Shown here: positions 39,377-48,847 of the stretch, in pieces
Position numbering within the stretch: the first letter of the stretch is position 1
How the letters are laid out: each line of letters opens with the position of its first letter
Source of the DNA: Clostridia bacterium
Lineage (GTDB): Bacteria > Bacillota > Clostridia > Oscillospirales > RGIG577
Assembly: GCA_017405765.1 (NCBI GenBank)
Contig: JAFQZS010000005.1
Location: 25,042-89,041 of the forward strand
DNA: 64,000 bases
Reading direction: 5' to 3'
Translations under genes and position numbers: made by a program
Notes under the pieces: generated by a model
What the model saw: only the letters and a program-made list of their open reading frames with translations
What the model was told of the DNA's origin: nothing
Database searches by the model: none

Positions 39377-40369
39377 TTATTTTCTTTCTTTTAAAATATG
39401 ACGTATATCGTCTCCGTAAAGCTCCAATACGGTAAAGCTGCCCATAATGCGCGAATATATGCGCTCGTCATAAAGCTCGCTTATGTCATTGGGAGAAAGA
39501 TTTGTGCTGATGATCATTTTTTTGTTGTTCATAAGACGACCGTTTATTATTGAAAAGAGCGCGGCGCGCACAAACGGAGTCGTAAACTCACTGCCGAGGT
39601 CGTCGATTATAAGAAGGTCGCACTGTGAAAGGCGTTCGGTGCGGTAAAGCGCTTCGTCGCTCGTGCGCCCGAATCGCACGTCTTCCATAAGCGCGAAGAT
39701 AACTCCCGCAGTCTCATAGACTACGTCGAATCCGTCGTCGATAAGGGCATGGGCTATGGCGCTGGAAAGATGAGTCTTGCCAAGTCCGTTTTTGCCCGTA
39801 AAGAGAAGGTTTTGGCGTGATTTTGAAAAATCACGCACGAAAACACGGCAGGCCTTCAGCACAAGCTCTGCGTTCTCGCGCGGGGTATAGTCGGCGGACA
39901 GCGCTTCGCCCGTATAGAGCGAGGTGTCGAAGCTTTCAAACGTTGTGTCGGGCATATGCATTGAAAGATTGAACGTCTTGTGCGCTTCTGCCCTTAAAGC
40001 GTCGGCATAGCAGGAGCACATCCTGGAGCCGATGAAGCCGGCGTCATTGCATTTTTCGCAGGAATATTTAATGTCAAGATAATCCGAAGGATATCCGTAT
40101 GACGACAAAAGATCAAGCCTTTCTTTTTGAAGAGCGAGGCTTTTTTTCTCGGCCTCTTTCGCCGCCGAAGCCGTATCCTTGCCGGAAGCCACGGCGCCGA
40201 TAAGCTCGGATGCCGCAGAAGAAAGCTCATACTCGATCTGTGAAAAGCGCGCGTCTTTTTTTGCGGCTTCGGCGCGGTTGGCTATATACCGCTCCTCGGC
40301 CGAAGCGCGTTTTTTTTCAAAGGCGTCGTTTACGTTTTTAAATATCTGTTTTGAATATCTTATACTCAT
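39377..40369 (-). CDS. dnaI: DnaI/DnaC-like helicase loader ATPase
   Basis: Zn-finger-like CEKCNDAGFIGSRMCSC, Walker A GKNGLGKTHL and Walker B LLIIDDLGSE. Overlaps the upstream dnaD-domain gene by 4 nt. Confidence 0.75.
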   Translation of the reverse strand: MSIRYSKQIFKNVNDAFEKKRASAEERYIANRAEAAKKDARFSQIEYELSSAASELIGAVASGKDTASAAKEAEKKSLALQKERLDLLSSYGYPSDYLDIKYSCEKCNDAGFIGSRMCSCYADALRAEAHKTFNLSMHMPDTTFESFDTSLYTGEALSADYTPRENAELVLKACRVFVRDFSKSRQNLLFTGKNGLGKTHLSSAIAHALIDDGFDVVYETAGVIFALMEDVRFGRTSDEALYRTERLSQCDLLIIDDLGSEFTTPFVRAALFSIINGRLMNNKKMIISTNLSPNDISELYDERIYSRIMGSFTVLELYGDDIRHILKERK

Positions 40370-41247
40370 ATATTCTCATCCTTAAGACTTTTTAAATACT
40401 CGCGGTCGAGCTTGCGAATCCGGGCGTAATCGTATCGCTTTTTTGCGGGGTTTTGAGGGGCAGAAGCCTCTTTTATATTTGCTGTTTCGCAAGGCGCGCT
40501 TTTTTTTGCGTTTGCGTCTTTTATAATTATTTTATTCATATATGCGAACGGGCTGTTGCCCTTAGTATAGGGCAGACTGCGTCGGTATGCGTCGATTATG
40601 GCCTCGTCGCTTATACAGAGCTTTTCCCATGAGGCGGCAGTGCGTCGCTCGTTCTCGTTCATCGTTTCAAAGGAGATACCAAGCGCCTTTGATATGCGCT
40701 CGGCATATGCGTCGCCGCGTGTAAGCTCGTCTATATAGGCCTCCGCCGCTTTTGCGTCTTTAAGGCCGCGCTTTGACCAGTCAAGGGCGGCGCGCTCGAA
40801 GTGTCTTAATTCCGTCTGGCCCGTATCCTTTAAACGGCGCAGGAGCAGGACTATCGATTCGATCGAGAGCCCCATATTGTTATGGGCGAAGAGGAGCGCG
40901 TTGAGATGTGTACGGGAAAGCGTGCCCCAGACTGACTCCGCCTCGTTTTTTGCGAAGGAAAAATTGCTGTTGTACAGGGTTTCGGCGATCTCTTTTGCCG
41001 AAGGAGATATGTGCTTCGAAGTGGGCGGGCGAGGCACGTCGGCTTCGGAGAGCACTTTTTCGTCACGCCAGAAGTCAAGAGCGCACACAAGACGCTCCCT
41101 GTCAAAGCCGAGAGTTTTTCGCAGCTTTTCAAAGGAGACGTCGGGCGACTGTCCCAAAACGATAAGCACGCGCAAAGAATCCGCAGACGCTCTTAAAAGA
41201 GTGTCGTATGAAATTTTAGGCAGTATAAAAAAGCTTTCAGTATTCAT
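40366..41247 (-). CDS. DnaD-domain replication initiation protein (DnaB/DnaD-like, Firmicute type)
   Basis: 293 aa. The C-terminal DnaD/DnaB_2-type region includes WEKLCISDEAIIDAYRRSL...SPFAYMNKII. Paired with dnaI, as in the Bacillus dnaB-dnaI arrangement. Confidence 0.7.
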   Translation of the reverse strand: MNTESFFILPKISYDTLLRASADSLRVLIVLGQSPDVSFEKLRKTLGFDRERLVCALDFWRDEKVLSEADVPRPPTSKHISPSAKEIAETLYNSNFSFAKNEAESVWGTLSRTHLNALLFAHNNMGLSIESIVLLLRRLKDTGQTELRHFERAALDWSKRGLKDAKAAEAYIDELTRGDAYAERISKALGISFETMNENERRTAASWEKLCISDEAIIDAYRRSLPYTKGNSPFAYMNKIIIKDANAKKSAPCETANIKEASAPQNPAKKRYDYARIRKLDREYLKSLKDENI

Positions 41248-41444
41248 GGTTTATGAGACTCCGTAGTTTTACGCTTCGACATTTTTTCGGCGCATATGCT
41301 TAAAAAAGACCGTAAAGCGGCTCTATATACTTCATTGTATCAGAATTTGTCATACAGAGCAAATGAAAAAGAAATTTGCCGTGTTGCTTTTTTCGGAGAA
41401 TATGGGTAATATTAAATTACAGACTATGTTGCGAGGTGGATTTT

Positions 41445-42152
41445 ATGATATACGTTGCCGGAGATTTAAACGGTTGTCTGAACGATTGGAAGAGGCTGAT
41501 ACAAAAAATAGATCTGAAGAGTACCGACATGGTGTTTTTGACGGGCGACGTTATCGGCGGAGACGAGGAGCCTATAGCGCTTCTCTTTGATTTGATGACG
41601 CGCACAAATGTTTTCCCGCTTATGGGGTATAAGGAATTTCGCTTCGGCGAATGTATAGCGAAGATCTCACCCGACGCGGGAAAGGACAGCTTTTTTAAGG
41701 GACTTGACGAATATACTATGAACGCGCTGGCCGAATTTGTAAAGTCGGGCGGACGCACGGTCTTTGAACAATACCTTGATCTTTCGCCCGAAGACCGGGA
41801 AAGCGTGCGGGAATACTTGGAGGAGTTTACGCTGTATGAGGAGCTTAATGTAAAAAACAGAAGCTTTATTGTAACGCACAGCGGTCTTTCAAATTTTGAT
41901 AAAACACGCGATCTGAGCGATTATAAGCTGTTCGACTATCTTTTGTCCAGTCATGAGCCGGGAGAAAAGCTTTTCGACGATAAAATACTTGTATTCGGTC
42001 ATACGCCGACGTTTGAATTCGGCAAAAAATATGTCGGACGAATAATAAAGACCGACAGCTTTATAAACGTGGACTGCGGCGCCATGTATAAGGACAAGGG
42101 CGGCCGCCTGGGCTGTGTGCGCCTTGATGATCTGGAGGAATTCTACGTATAG
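41445..42152 (+). CDS. Calcineurin-like metallophosphoesterase
   Basis: MIYVAGDLNG, FLTGDVIGG and VFGHTP. ATG at 41445 has GAGGTGG upstream; the tracked 41376 start is rejected. Confidence 0.7.
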   Translation: MIYVAGDLNGCLNDWKRLIQKIDLKSTDMVFLTGDVIGGDEEPIALLFDLMTRTNVFPLMGYKEFRFGECIAKISPDAGKDSFFKGLDEYTMNALAEFVKSGGRTVFEQYLDLSPEDRESVREYLEEFTLYEELNVKNRSFIVTHSGLSNFDKTRDLSDYKLFDYLLSSHEPGEKLFDDKILVFGHTPTFEFGKKYVGRIIKTDSFINVDCGAMYKDKGGRLGCVRLDDLEEFYV

Positions 42153-42175
42153 AGGACCATATTCAATAAAAAAGT

Positions 42176-42214
42176 GCCGACCGCAATGCTTTTATTGCGG
42201 TCGGCGTCATTTTT
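42176..42214. terminator. Bidirectional terminator between the phosphoesterase and M14 peptidase genes
   Basis: GCCGACCGCAAT-GCTTTT-ATTGCGGTCGGC, with an A-run before and a T-run after. Confidence 0.75.
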
Positions 42215-42244
42215 AGAAGCGAGGTACCGATATTTTTCACATCG

Positions 42245-43201
42245 CTATATTCCGCAGACCGCAGCCGCGAGCAAAGGAAAGACTTCCGCATAAATACCGT
42301 CGAAGTCGCGAAGAGGCAGCGGGTTTTTCCCGAATCCCGCCTCTATCGTAAAGGCCGGACGTGAAAACTCGCGCACGAACCAATCGCAAAGGCCGCGGTA
42401 TGCGGCGATGCCCGATGCTTTCGCGGCGGGGTATCCCGAAAGGCGCGAAAACTCGCGAAGCCATTCGTCCGACTCCTCGGACTTAAAGGGAGAGTAGATC
42501 TCACGCCCCTGCGCATGAAGAGAGACGAGAAGCTCACAACGTCTTGCGCGAAGAAAGCGGCAGACGGCGCGCGTTTCGGGTTCGCTTTCATAATACTGTC
42601 CGCCGAATCGCGTGGGACCGGGTCCTTCTATGCCGTATTCGCTCTCTAAGCGCTTGCCTTCGTCAAAATCTGCGTTGTAATTGTGATTTAAGTCAACGCC
42701 GTGTGCATTGGCCTGCCAGATCGCGGCGGCCGTTCGGCCGCAGAGCATGTCTTCAACGCTTTCTTTAAGCGAAAGCGCCGAGCGCGTTCCGTTTATCACG
42801 ATATCGACCCCGTCGGGATTTAAAAGCGGCGCAATGTAAGCCGACGTATTTGCAAAGGCCTCGCTCACGCTTTTTTTGCCTAGTCTGCCGCCGCGCGTCT
42901 TTACGGCGCAATAGTCGGCAATGAAGCGCAGAGCTATAAGCGATGTCATCCATTCGAGCGCATGATGCGCCGCGCATATAAAAACGCGGCGCGGGCCGTA
43001 TCCCAGCCTTACAACAGGGATATCGCGCCCGAGAACGCTCTTTCCGATGCTCTCGCATGAAAGAAAGGGATACGCTTTTTTCAGTCGTTCCAAATAATGA
43101 TACGTAAGCGCGCTGTCCGTGGGATATTTTGAGCTGATTTGCGTAACATTCACTCCTTTTTGTGATATAGTATATATATGTTTATTCGTTAAGTTAGGCA
43201 A
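42245..43201 (-). CDS. M14-family zinc carboxypeptidase (gamma-D-glutamyl-diamino-acid peptidase-like)
   Basis: HxxE zinc motif AAHHALEW, GVDLNHNY and VSLHAQG. Confidence 0.75.
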   Translation of the reverse strand: MPNLTNKHIYTISQKGVNVTQISSKYPTDSALTYHYLERLKKAYPFLSCESIGKSVLGRDIPVVRLGYGPRRVFICAAHHALEWMTSLIALRFIADYCAVKTRGGRLGKKSVSEAFANTSAYIAPLLNPDGVDIVINGTRSALSLKESVEDMLCGRTAAAIWQANAHGVDLNHNYNADFDEGKRLESEYGIEGPGPTRFGGQYYESEPETRAVCRFLRARRCELLVSLHAQGREIYSPFKSEESDEWLREFSRLSGYPAAKASGIAAYRGLCDWFVREFSRPAFTIEAGFGKNPLPLRDFDGIYAEVFPLLAAAVCGI

Positions 43202-43216
43202 ATAGGAGTGATAAAT

Positions 43217-43750
43217 ATGGATTTTACCGAAAAAACGATTTCCTCAAAAATTGTGTTCAAAGGAAAGATACTGACCGTGAAGGTAGATGAGGTGGAACTT
43301 CCGAACGGAAGACGCGCAGCGCGCGAGGTGACAGAGCATTCCGGCGCCGTAGCGGTTCTTCCCGTGACGGACGACGGCAAGGCGATACTTGTTCGCCAGT
43401 TCCGTTATCCGTATAAGCAGCACCTTATAGAGATACCGGCGGGCAAGATAGACCCGGGAGAGACGCCCGATGAAGCCGTGCTGCGTGAAATGCGCGAAGA
43501 GATAAACCGCTCCTGCGGCGAGATAACGAAGCTAGGCGTCATGTACCCGGCGCCCGGAGCGCAGTATGAGCCGGTGTATATTTATCTTGCCAAAAAGCTA
43601 TCGGTATGCGACGGTAAGCCGGACGAGGACGAATTTGTGGAGTCCGTATTTATGGATATAGGCGATCTTACAGATAAAGTGATGAGCGGAGAGATACGCG
43701 ACGCTAAGACGTGTGTTGCCGTCTTAAAATATGCTCTTATGAATAAATGA
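43217..43750 (+). CDS. NUDIX hydrolase, ADP-ribose pyrophosphatase-like
   Basis: Nudix box GKIDPGETPDEAVLREMREEI and N-terminal FKGKILTVKVDEVELPNG. ATG at 43217 lies 8 nt after AGGAG; the tracked GTG at 43208 is less likely. Confidence 0.85.
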   Translation: MDFTEKTISSKIVFKGKILTVKVDEVELPNGRRAAREVTEHSGAVAVLPVTDDGKAILVRQFRYPYKQHLIEIPAGKIDPGETPDEAVLREMREEINRSCGEITKLGVMYPAPGAQYEPVYIYLAKKLSVCDGKPDEDEFVESVFMDIGDLTDKVMSGEIRDAKTCVAVLKYALMNK

Positions 43751-43762
43751 GCCGAAAATCAA

Positions 43763-43796
43763 ACAGCCGGACGGGAAGCGCCGTCCGGCTGTTTTT
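43763..43796. terminator. Bidirectional terminator between the NUDIX and abfD genes
   Basis: ACAGCCGGACGG-GAAGCG-CCGTCCGGCTGT followed by TTTTT, with AAA before. Confidence 0.8.
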
Positions 43797-43810
43797 AAAT
43801 CGTATCAAAT

Positions 43811-45259
43811 CTATTTTTCTATTCCGGCGATCTTCTTTGCAAGCTCCTTTTTCGCCTCGATGTTGCCTTGGCGCGCTATCATTACGCGCTGAGCCTGCGG
43901 GCTGCCCGCGCCGTGCATGGATTCCGTGCGGTATCCGACGGCGGCAGCTCCGAGCGTCATGTTCTCGATAAGGCGCATCACGCGCATTCTGTCCTCAGTG
44001 GAGCATATGTCGCTGCCCTTGTAATATTTCTCGATATATTTGCGCGTTGCGGGGTTCTTATAGTCGCGCTCGCTTGGCAGCGTTACCATCATGCCGCCTG
44101 CGATATCCTCGGCAAGGCGCGTTATCTCATAGGGGAAGCGCGTAACATTCTGTTTGCATACATTTGCAAGAAGAAGGTCGATAAGGAAATTTCCCGACGC
44201 CGTCTTCTTGCCCTCGCATGAGCAGGCTATGCCCGATGAATAAAGCGTTTCGTTAAGATGTACCATCTCGATAAGCTTATCCTTTATGTGCGAGGCCTTT
44301 GCCGCGCCGTTGTAGTCCGCCGCCAGCGCCGCAGCGCCAATAAGCACGTCGCCGACGCCGACTTTGCAGCCGCCGTAGCTTTGGCGGTGGTAGCCTGCAA
44401 AGCGCTCTACCATAACGCCGGAAAACTCGTATTCGCCGTCCATAAATATGCGCTCGTTCGGTACGAATACGTTATCGAATATCGTCATGGCCTCATGGCC
44501 TCCGAAGTTTTTATTACCCAGGTCTATGTCTGCACCCTCTTCAAGCTTTCTCGTGTCGCACGACTGGCGGCCGTATATGAGCGTTATGCCTTTAGTATCG
44601 GTCGGTACGGCAAACGCTACGGCGTAATCGCGGTCGGCCTCCTTCATTGACATAGTGGGCATAACTATTACTTCATGCGAGTTTATAATGCCCGTCTGAT
44701 GGAACTTCGCGCCGCGAACGACTATGCCGTCGGGACGTCTTTCAACGACGTGCAAAAAGAGATCGGGGTCCGACTGCTTGGAGGGTGCGAGCGAGCGGTC
44801 GCCCTTAGGGTCGGTCATAGCGCCGTCTACAACGAGGTCCTCGCGCTGAACGCGCGTCCAGAATTTTTTAAAACGTTCAAAGTAATTTGTACCCTTAGCG
44901 CGGTCGATCTCATATGTGGTCGAATATATGGCGTTGGCTGCGTCAAGCCCTACGCATCGCTGGAAGCAGGAGGCCGTCTTTTGTCCCATAAGACGCTGCA
45001 TTTTAACTTTTTTGATAAGATCCTCAGTGCTTTGGTGGATATGCGTAAAGCGGTTTATCGTTTCGCCCGTGAGATTCGATACAGCAGTCATAAGATCGCG
45101 GTATTCGGGATCCTGCGCAAGCTCGTAAGACATTGCTACAGAATTCAATGAAGGCCTTATTACGGGGTTATCAACGGGTGAGGTCACCTTTTCGCCGAAC
45201 ATATATACGTTGAGATTGAGCTTTCTTAAGCTTTCTATGTATTCGCTGCGCGTCATCAT
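43811..45259 (-). CDS. abfD: 4-hydroxybutyryl-CoA dehydratase / vinylacetyl-CoA isomerase (HpaB-fold)
   Basis: 482 aa. The CFQRC (C-x3-C) and HRQSYGGC (H-x6-C) spacings match the [4Fe-4S] ligand pattern known for AbfD. SD GGGAGGA upstream. Confidence 0.75.
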   Translation of the reverse strand: MMTRSEYIESLRKLNLNVYMFGEKVTSPVDNPVIRPSLNSVAMSYELAQDPEYRDLMTAVSNLTGETINRFTHIHQSTEDLIKKVKMQRLMGQKTASCFQRCVGLDAANAIYSTTYEIDRAKGTNYFERFKKFWTRVQREDLVVDGAMTDPKGDRSLAPSKQSDPDLFLHVVERRPDGIVVRGAKFHQTGIINSHEVIVMPTMSMKEADRDYAVAFAVPTDTKGITLIYGRQSCDTRKLEEGADIDLGNKNFGGHEAMTIFDNVFVPNERIFMDGEYEFSGVMVERFAGYHRQSYGGCKVGVGDVLIGAAALAADYNGAAKASHIKDKLIEMVHLNETLYSSGIACSCEGKKTASGNFLIDLLLANVCKQNVTRFPYEITRLAEDIAGGMMVTLPSERDYKNPATRKYIEKYYKGSDICSTEDRMRVMRLIENMTLGAAAVGYRTESMHGAGSPQAQRVMIARQGNIEAKKELAKKIAGIEK

Positions 45260-45294
45260 AAGAATATCCTCCCTGAAAGTTGTTTGTTATTTAT

Positions 45295-45323
45295 ATTTTA
45301 AGCCCAATTTTAGTAAGCGTCAA
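45295..45323 (-). promoter_or_regulatory. Candidate abfD promoter
   Basis: Minus strand reads TTGACG (45323-45318), 17 nt, TAAAAT (45300-45295), about 35 nt upstream of the abfD ATG. Confidence 0.45.
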
Positions 45324-45368
45324 CTTTAAGTTTTAAGATATTCTTTGGAACCTCGGTTCTAAAATTTC

Positions 45369-45388
45369 ATCTTGCTTTTAAGCAAGAT
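45369..45388. promoter_or_regulatory. Perfect 9-bp inverted repeat (candidate operator)
   Basis: ATCTTGCTT-tt-AAGCAAGAT. Confidence 0.35.
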
Positions 45389-45393
45389 AAACG

Positions 45394-45416
45394 TTTCAAA
45401 AGCAGCGCTTTTGAAA
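45394..45416. promoter_or_regulatory. Perfect 10-bp inverted repeat (candidate TetR operator)
   Basis: TTTCAAAAGC-agc-GCTTTTGAAA. Confidence 0.4.
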
Positions 45417-45463
45417 AAACTCCCCTTGCTGCGAGAGCAAAAATATCCCGCGCAATATAGCAC

Positions 45464-45492
45464 TTGAAAAAAACAAAATGCTATTATAAAAT
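45464..45492 (+). promoter_or_regulatory. Candidate promoter of the TetR-family gene
   Basis: TTGAAA (45464-45469), 17 nt, TAAAAT (45487-45492). Confidence 0.4.
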
Positions 45493-45522
45493 GAAGATAA
45501 ATAAACAGGGGAGGTGAGTGCT

Positions 45523-46068
45523 GTGGCGGATTCTCAGATAACAAAGCGCGTGCTTGCCGAAGCGATCAAGGAGCTTATGGCGCATAAGCCGCTTTCAAAG
45601 ATATCCGTCGGGGATATAGCTCAGCAATGCGGCGTAAACCGCCAGACCTTCTATTATCACTTCAGGGATAAATACGACCTTGTAAACTGGATATATTATA
45701 CGGAAACAATACAATATATAGGCATACTTACGGATAAGGACTCGTGGGCCGACGGCCTTATAAAGCTGTGTCATTATATGCAGGACAACAGGCGTTTTTA
45801 TATAAACGCGCTTAACACGCCGGGGCAGAATTCGTTTCCAGAATATCTGACGCAGTATCTTCATGAGCTGGTAGCGGTGCTGTTTTCCGGCCCGCTTGAG
45901 CGCGGCTCCATAACAAAGGCACAGCATGATATAATAAGCGATTATTATACGTTTGCCATAGTGGGCGTTATCTCAAAGTGGGCTAAAAACGGCATGAAAG
46001 AGCCGCCGGAGGAATTTATCGATACGATACGAGATCTTACATTTCCCTCATTTATAAAGAACGAATAA
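45523..46068 (+). CDS. TetR/AcrR-family transcriptional regulator (DhaS-like)
   Basis: HTH ISVGDIAQQCGVNRQTFYYHFRDKYDL. GTG at 45523 lies 8 nt after GGGGAGG. The tracked start at 45514 sits within the SD and is less likely. Confidence 0.7.
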   Translation: MADSQITKRVLAEAIKELMAHKPLSKISVGDIAQQCGVNRQTFYYHFRDKYDLVNWIYYTETIQYIGILTDKDSWADGLIKLCHYMQDNRRFYINALNTPGQNSFPEYLTQYLHELVAVLFSGPLERGSITKAQHDIISDYYTFAIVGVISKWAKNGMKEPPEEFIDTIRDLTFPSFIKNE

Positions 46069-46093
46069 AAGCTGCCAAAAACAGGCAGCTTTT
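46068..46093. terminator. Bidirectional terminator between the TetR and zincin-like genes
   Basis: AAAGCTGCC-AAAAAC-AGGCAGCTTT with A/T flanks. Confidence 0.7.
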
Positions 46094-46094
46094 A

Positions 46095-46532
46095 TTATTT
46101 ATTTCTGTTTCGTCCTATTTGAAAGTCGTCAAGCCGGCGCGCGCCGCTTTTGCGTCTGCGCTTTCGCAGCTCGTGCCGCCAAAGATAGTCGGCTATCTCT
46201 TCTTCGTCTTCTACTTCCAGATCGCGCTGTCCCGCAAGTCCTTCAAGATGATGGCGAAACTCATGGCGGAGCACCTGGCGCAATTCTTTTTTAAGACGCT
46301 GCTCGGAAATATTGGGATAAAGCTTTTCAAACGAGCCGTAAAATATTACTATCTGCCGCCCCATCTCGCTGCGCCTGTATTCTCCCATGATATAAAGATC
46401 GTCGGCAACGCTTTGGCTGTGATACGGAGCCTCGTCGGATATTATTATGCCGCCGTTCAGATCGGCGTAAAATTCCTCGGGCAACTCGCAGGCGACCTCG
46501 TCCAAAAGGCGCTCAAAAACATCTCTGTCCAT
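46095..46532 (-). CDS. Small zincin-like metallopeptidase-fold protein (DUF1025-like)
   Basis: 145 aa with an HExxH motif in VLRHEFRHHLE. Start lies 1 nt after the stop of the upstream membrane-protein gene. Confidence 0.55.
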   Translation of the reverse strand: MDRDVFERLLDEVACELPEEFYADLNGGIIISDEAPYHSQSVADDLYIMGEYRRSEMGRQIVIFYGSFEKLYPNISEQRLKKELRQVLRHEFRHHLEGLAGQRDLEVEDEEEIADYLWRHELRKRRRKSGARRLDDFQIGRNRNK

Positions 46533-46533
46533 A

Positions 46534-47307
46534 TTATTTCACGCTCTCTCGTTTTACAAACAGAAGTACAGCTATCGCATAGAAGCATTCAGCTGCGCCT
46601 AAGATCCCCTGAAGGCTTGCCGCAGTAAATTGACCGTTAAAAACGGCATATAAAAGAGGAGCGATGTAGGCAGCGCAATTGGCAACCGCCGCAAAGGATG
46701 ATGAAACGATCGCTCCGCGCGCGCACGACGCGCCGCTTAAAAACTTCGCCAGATAATAGAAGCAAAGCACGTTTGAAAGTTGGGCGATTATAAGGTATCC
46801 ATACTGCGCGGGAGTAGCCATCTGAGTTACCGAAATGTAATTTACTATGAGCATAACTGCAGTTATGAATACGGGTACGAGCGCTGCGGGTATCAGCGAC
46901 GTTTTATATTTGCCCGAGCCGAAAAACACGGCGAGAGGCAAAAATGTAAACGCCATTACGGCCGACAAAAGCACCATTACCGCAATGCGCATTTCAAATC
47001 TTTGTCCCATTCCCGCCGCTATATAGCCTACGGCTGAGATAATACAGGACGCGAGCATAATAAACGACATTGCTTTGCCGTATTTATATACAGAAGACTG
47101 TTTTTTTATATCGAATGCGCCGAATTTATCCTTTTTTAAGTTCAAAAGTATAGAAAGCACAAAAAACAGCAAAAGTACTGCCGAAAGCGCATAAGTGAGA
47201 GGATGCCCCTTTATAAACAGACCGTCGGGCTCCATGGCGATATTTAGCCTCAAAATAGAGAGCACGAGCGCCGCCGCGGAAAATATGACCGTAAGTATGA
47301 CCTGCAA
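46534..47307 (-). CDS. Polytopic membrane protein, unknown function
   Basis: 257 aa with about 8 hydrophobic segments. TTG start has GAAGGA upstream. No recognisable motif. Confidence 0.5.
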   Translation of the reverse strand: MQVILTVIFSAAALVLSILRLNIAMEPDGLFIKGHPLTYALSAVLLLFFVLSILLNLKKDKFGAFDIKKQSSVYKYGKAMSFIMLASCIISAVGYIAAGMGQRFEMRIAVMVLLSAVMAFTFLPLAVFFGSGKYKTSLIPAALVPVFITAVMLIVNYISVTQMATPAQYGYLIIAQLSNVLCFYYLAKFLSGASCARGAIVSSSFAAVANCAAYIAPLLYAVFNGQFTAASLQGILGAAECFYAIAVLLFVKRESVK

Positions 47308-47345
47308 TTATATCATCGTCCTTCTTTAGTATTATTAAAGCTTCT

Positions 47346-48746
47346 TTAATTTTGTGCCGTTACCGAAGGGCTTTCGTAATCGGTCCTTTCGCTCATAGGC
47401 ATATAAACGCGTGTTTTTGCAATATTTTTGTACGCCGGACGGATTATCTTAGTACCCGACAAAAGCTCCTCAACTCTGTGCGCCGACCAGCCGGCTATTC
47501 TCGCAATTGCGAAAAGCGGAGTATAGAGCTCCATAGGTATGTTGAGCATACGGTAAACAAAGCCCGAATACATATCGACATTTGCGCATACGACCCTGTG
47601 CGCGCCCATCTTTTTATTGAGTATTGCCGGAGCAAGTCGCTCGACCCTGTCGAGAAGCTCGAATTCGTCAAGCATGCCTTTTTCCAATGCGAGCTCGCGC
47701 GCGGCCTTCTTTAAAAGCACTGCTCTGGGATCGCTTTTCGTATATATCGCATGTCCCATGCCGTAGATAAGGCCGCTTTTGTCGCCGACTTCTTTTCTGA
47801 GTATACGCTCAAGATAATCAGAGACCTCATCGTCGTCGCGCACGTCATGCACGTCCTGTTTCATCGTTTCAAACATATTATGGACCTTTATATTGGCTCC
47901 GCCGTGACGATAGCCGCGAAGCGAACCTATTGCGGCCGATATCGCGGAATATGTGTCGGTGCCTGCGCTGGTAAGTACTCGCGTGGTAAAAGTGGAGTTG
48001 TTACCGCCGCCGTGCTCTGCGTGCAGAACGAGCGCGAGATCGAGTATGCTCTCTTCGCTTTCGGTGAACTTTTTGTCCGGGCGAACGGCGTTTAAGAAGT
48101 TGCCGGCCGTTCCGTATTTCGCCTTGGGCAAATGTATATAAAGACTCTTTCTGTCATAGAAGTGGCGTTTAACGTGAAAGGCATGCGCCGCGATTATTGG
48201 CAGCCTTGCCGTAAGCTCTATGCACTGCCTAAGTACGTTCTCTACCGATAGATTGGACGGGTCGGGATCGTAGGAATACATTGCAAGTACGCTTCTCGCC
48301 ATCTTATTCATTATGTCCGAGCTGGGCGCTTTTATTATCATGTCCTCGGTAAAACCCTTGGGCAGATCGCGAAGCTTTGTGAGCATGCTGCCGAATATTT
48401 CAAACTCTTCGGCGTTTGGCAGGCTGCCCAAAAGCAGAAGATGAGCCACTTCCTCAAAACGGCGGTTCTTGGGACCGTCGTAGCCTTCTACCATATCCTT
48501 TATATTTATACCACGATAATAGAGCTCGCCGTCAATGGGCATTCTGTCGCCCTCATTTATAAGATAACCGTGTACGTTACCGATAACCGTAACGCCGGCC
48601 ATGACGCCCGTGCCGTCGGCGTTTCTGAGGCCGCGTTTTATATTGGTGTTGTCAAAAGCGCTTGGATCTATAGTAGTATAGTCCGTAAATTTCTTATAAA
48701 GCTTATCAAGATACGCCTGGTTAATCATATAGTTCTCAACTGGCAT
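47346..48746 (-). CDS. Citrate synthase
   Basis: LHAEHGGGNNSTF, GSLRGYRHGGANIKV and GMGHAIYTKSDPRA. ATG at 48746 has GGAGGTGAAAAT upstream; the tracked start at 48770 is rejected. Confidence 0.85.
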   Translation of the reverse strand: MPVENYMINQAYLDKLYKKFTDYTTIDPSAFDNTNIKRGLRNADGTGVMAGVTVIGNVHGYLINEGDRMPIDGELYYRGINIKDMVEGYDGPKNRRFEEVAHLLLLGSLPNAEEFEIFGSMLTKLRDLPKGFTEDMIIKAPSSDIMNKMARSVLAMYSYDPDPSNLSVENVLRQCIELTARLPIIAAHAFHVKRHFYDRKSLYIHLPKAKYGTAGNFLNAVRPDKKFTESEESILDLALVLHAEHGGGNNSTFTTRVLTSAGTDTYSAISAAIGSLRGYRHGGANIKVHNMFETMKQDVHDVRDDDEVSDYLERILRKEVGDKSGLIYGMGHAIYTKSDPRAVLLKKAARELALEKGMLDEFELLDRVERLAPAILNKKMGAHRVVCANVDMYSGFVYRMLNIPMELYTPLFAIARIAGWSAHRVEELLSGTKIIRPAYKNIAKTRVYMPMSERTDYESPSVTAQN

Positions 48747-48847
48747 ATTTTCACCTCCGGATGAGTACATAAAAAAATATATATAAAAATATTTTAACTG
48801 AATAAATATAAAGCGTCAAGCACAACAGAGAATCGGAAGGAGAAAAT

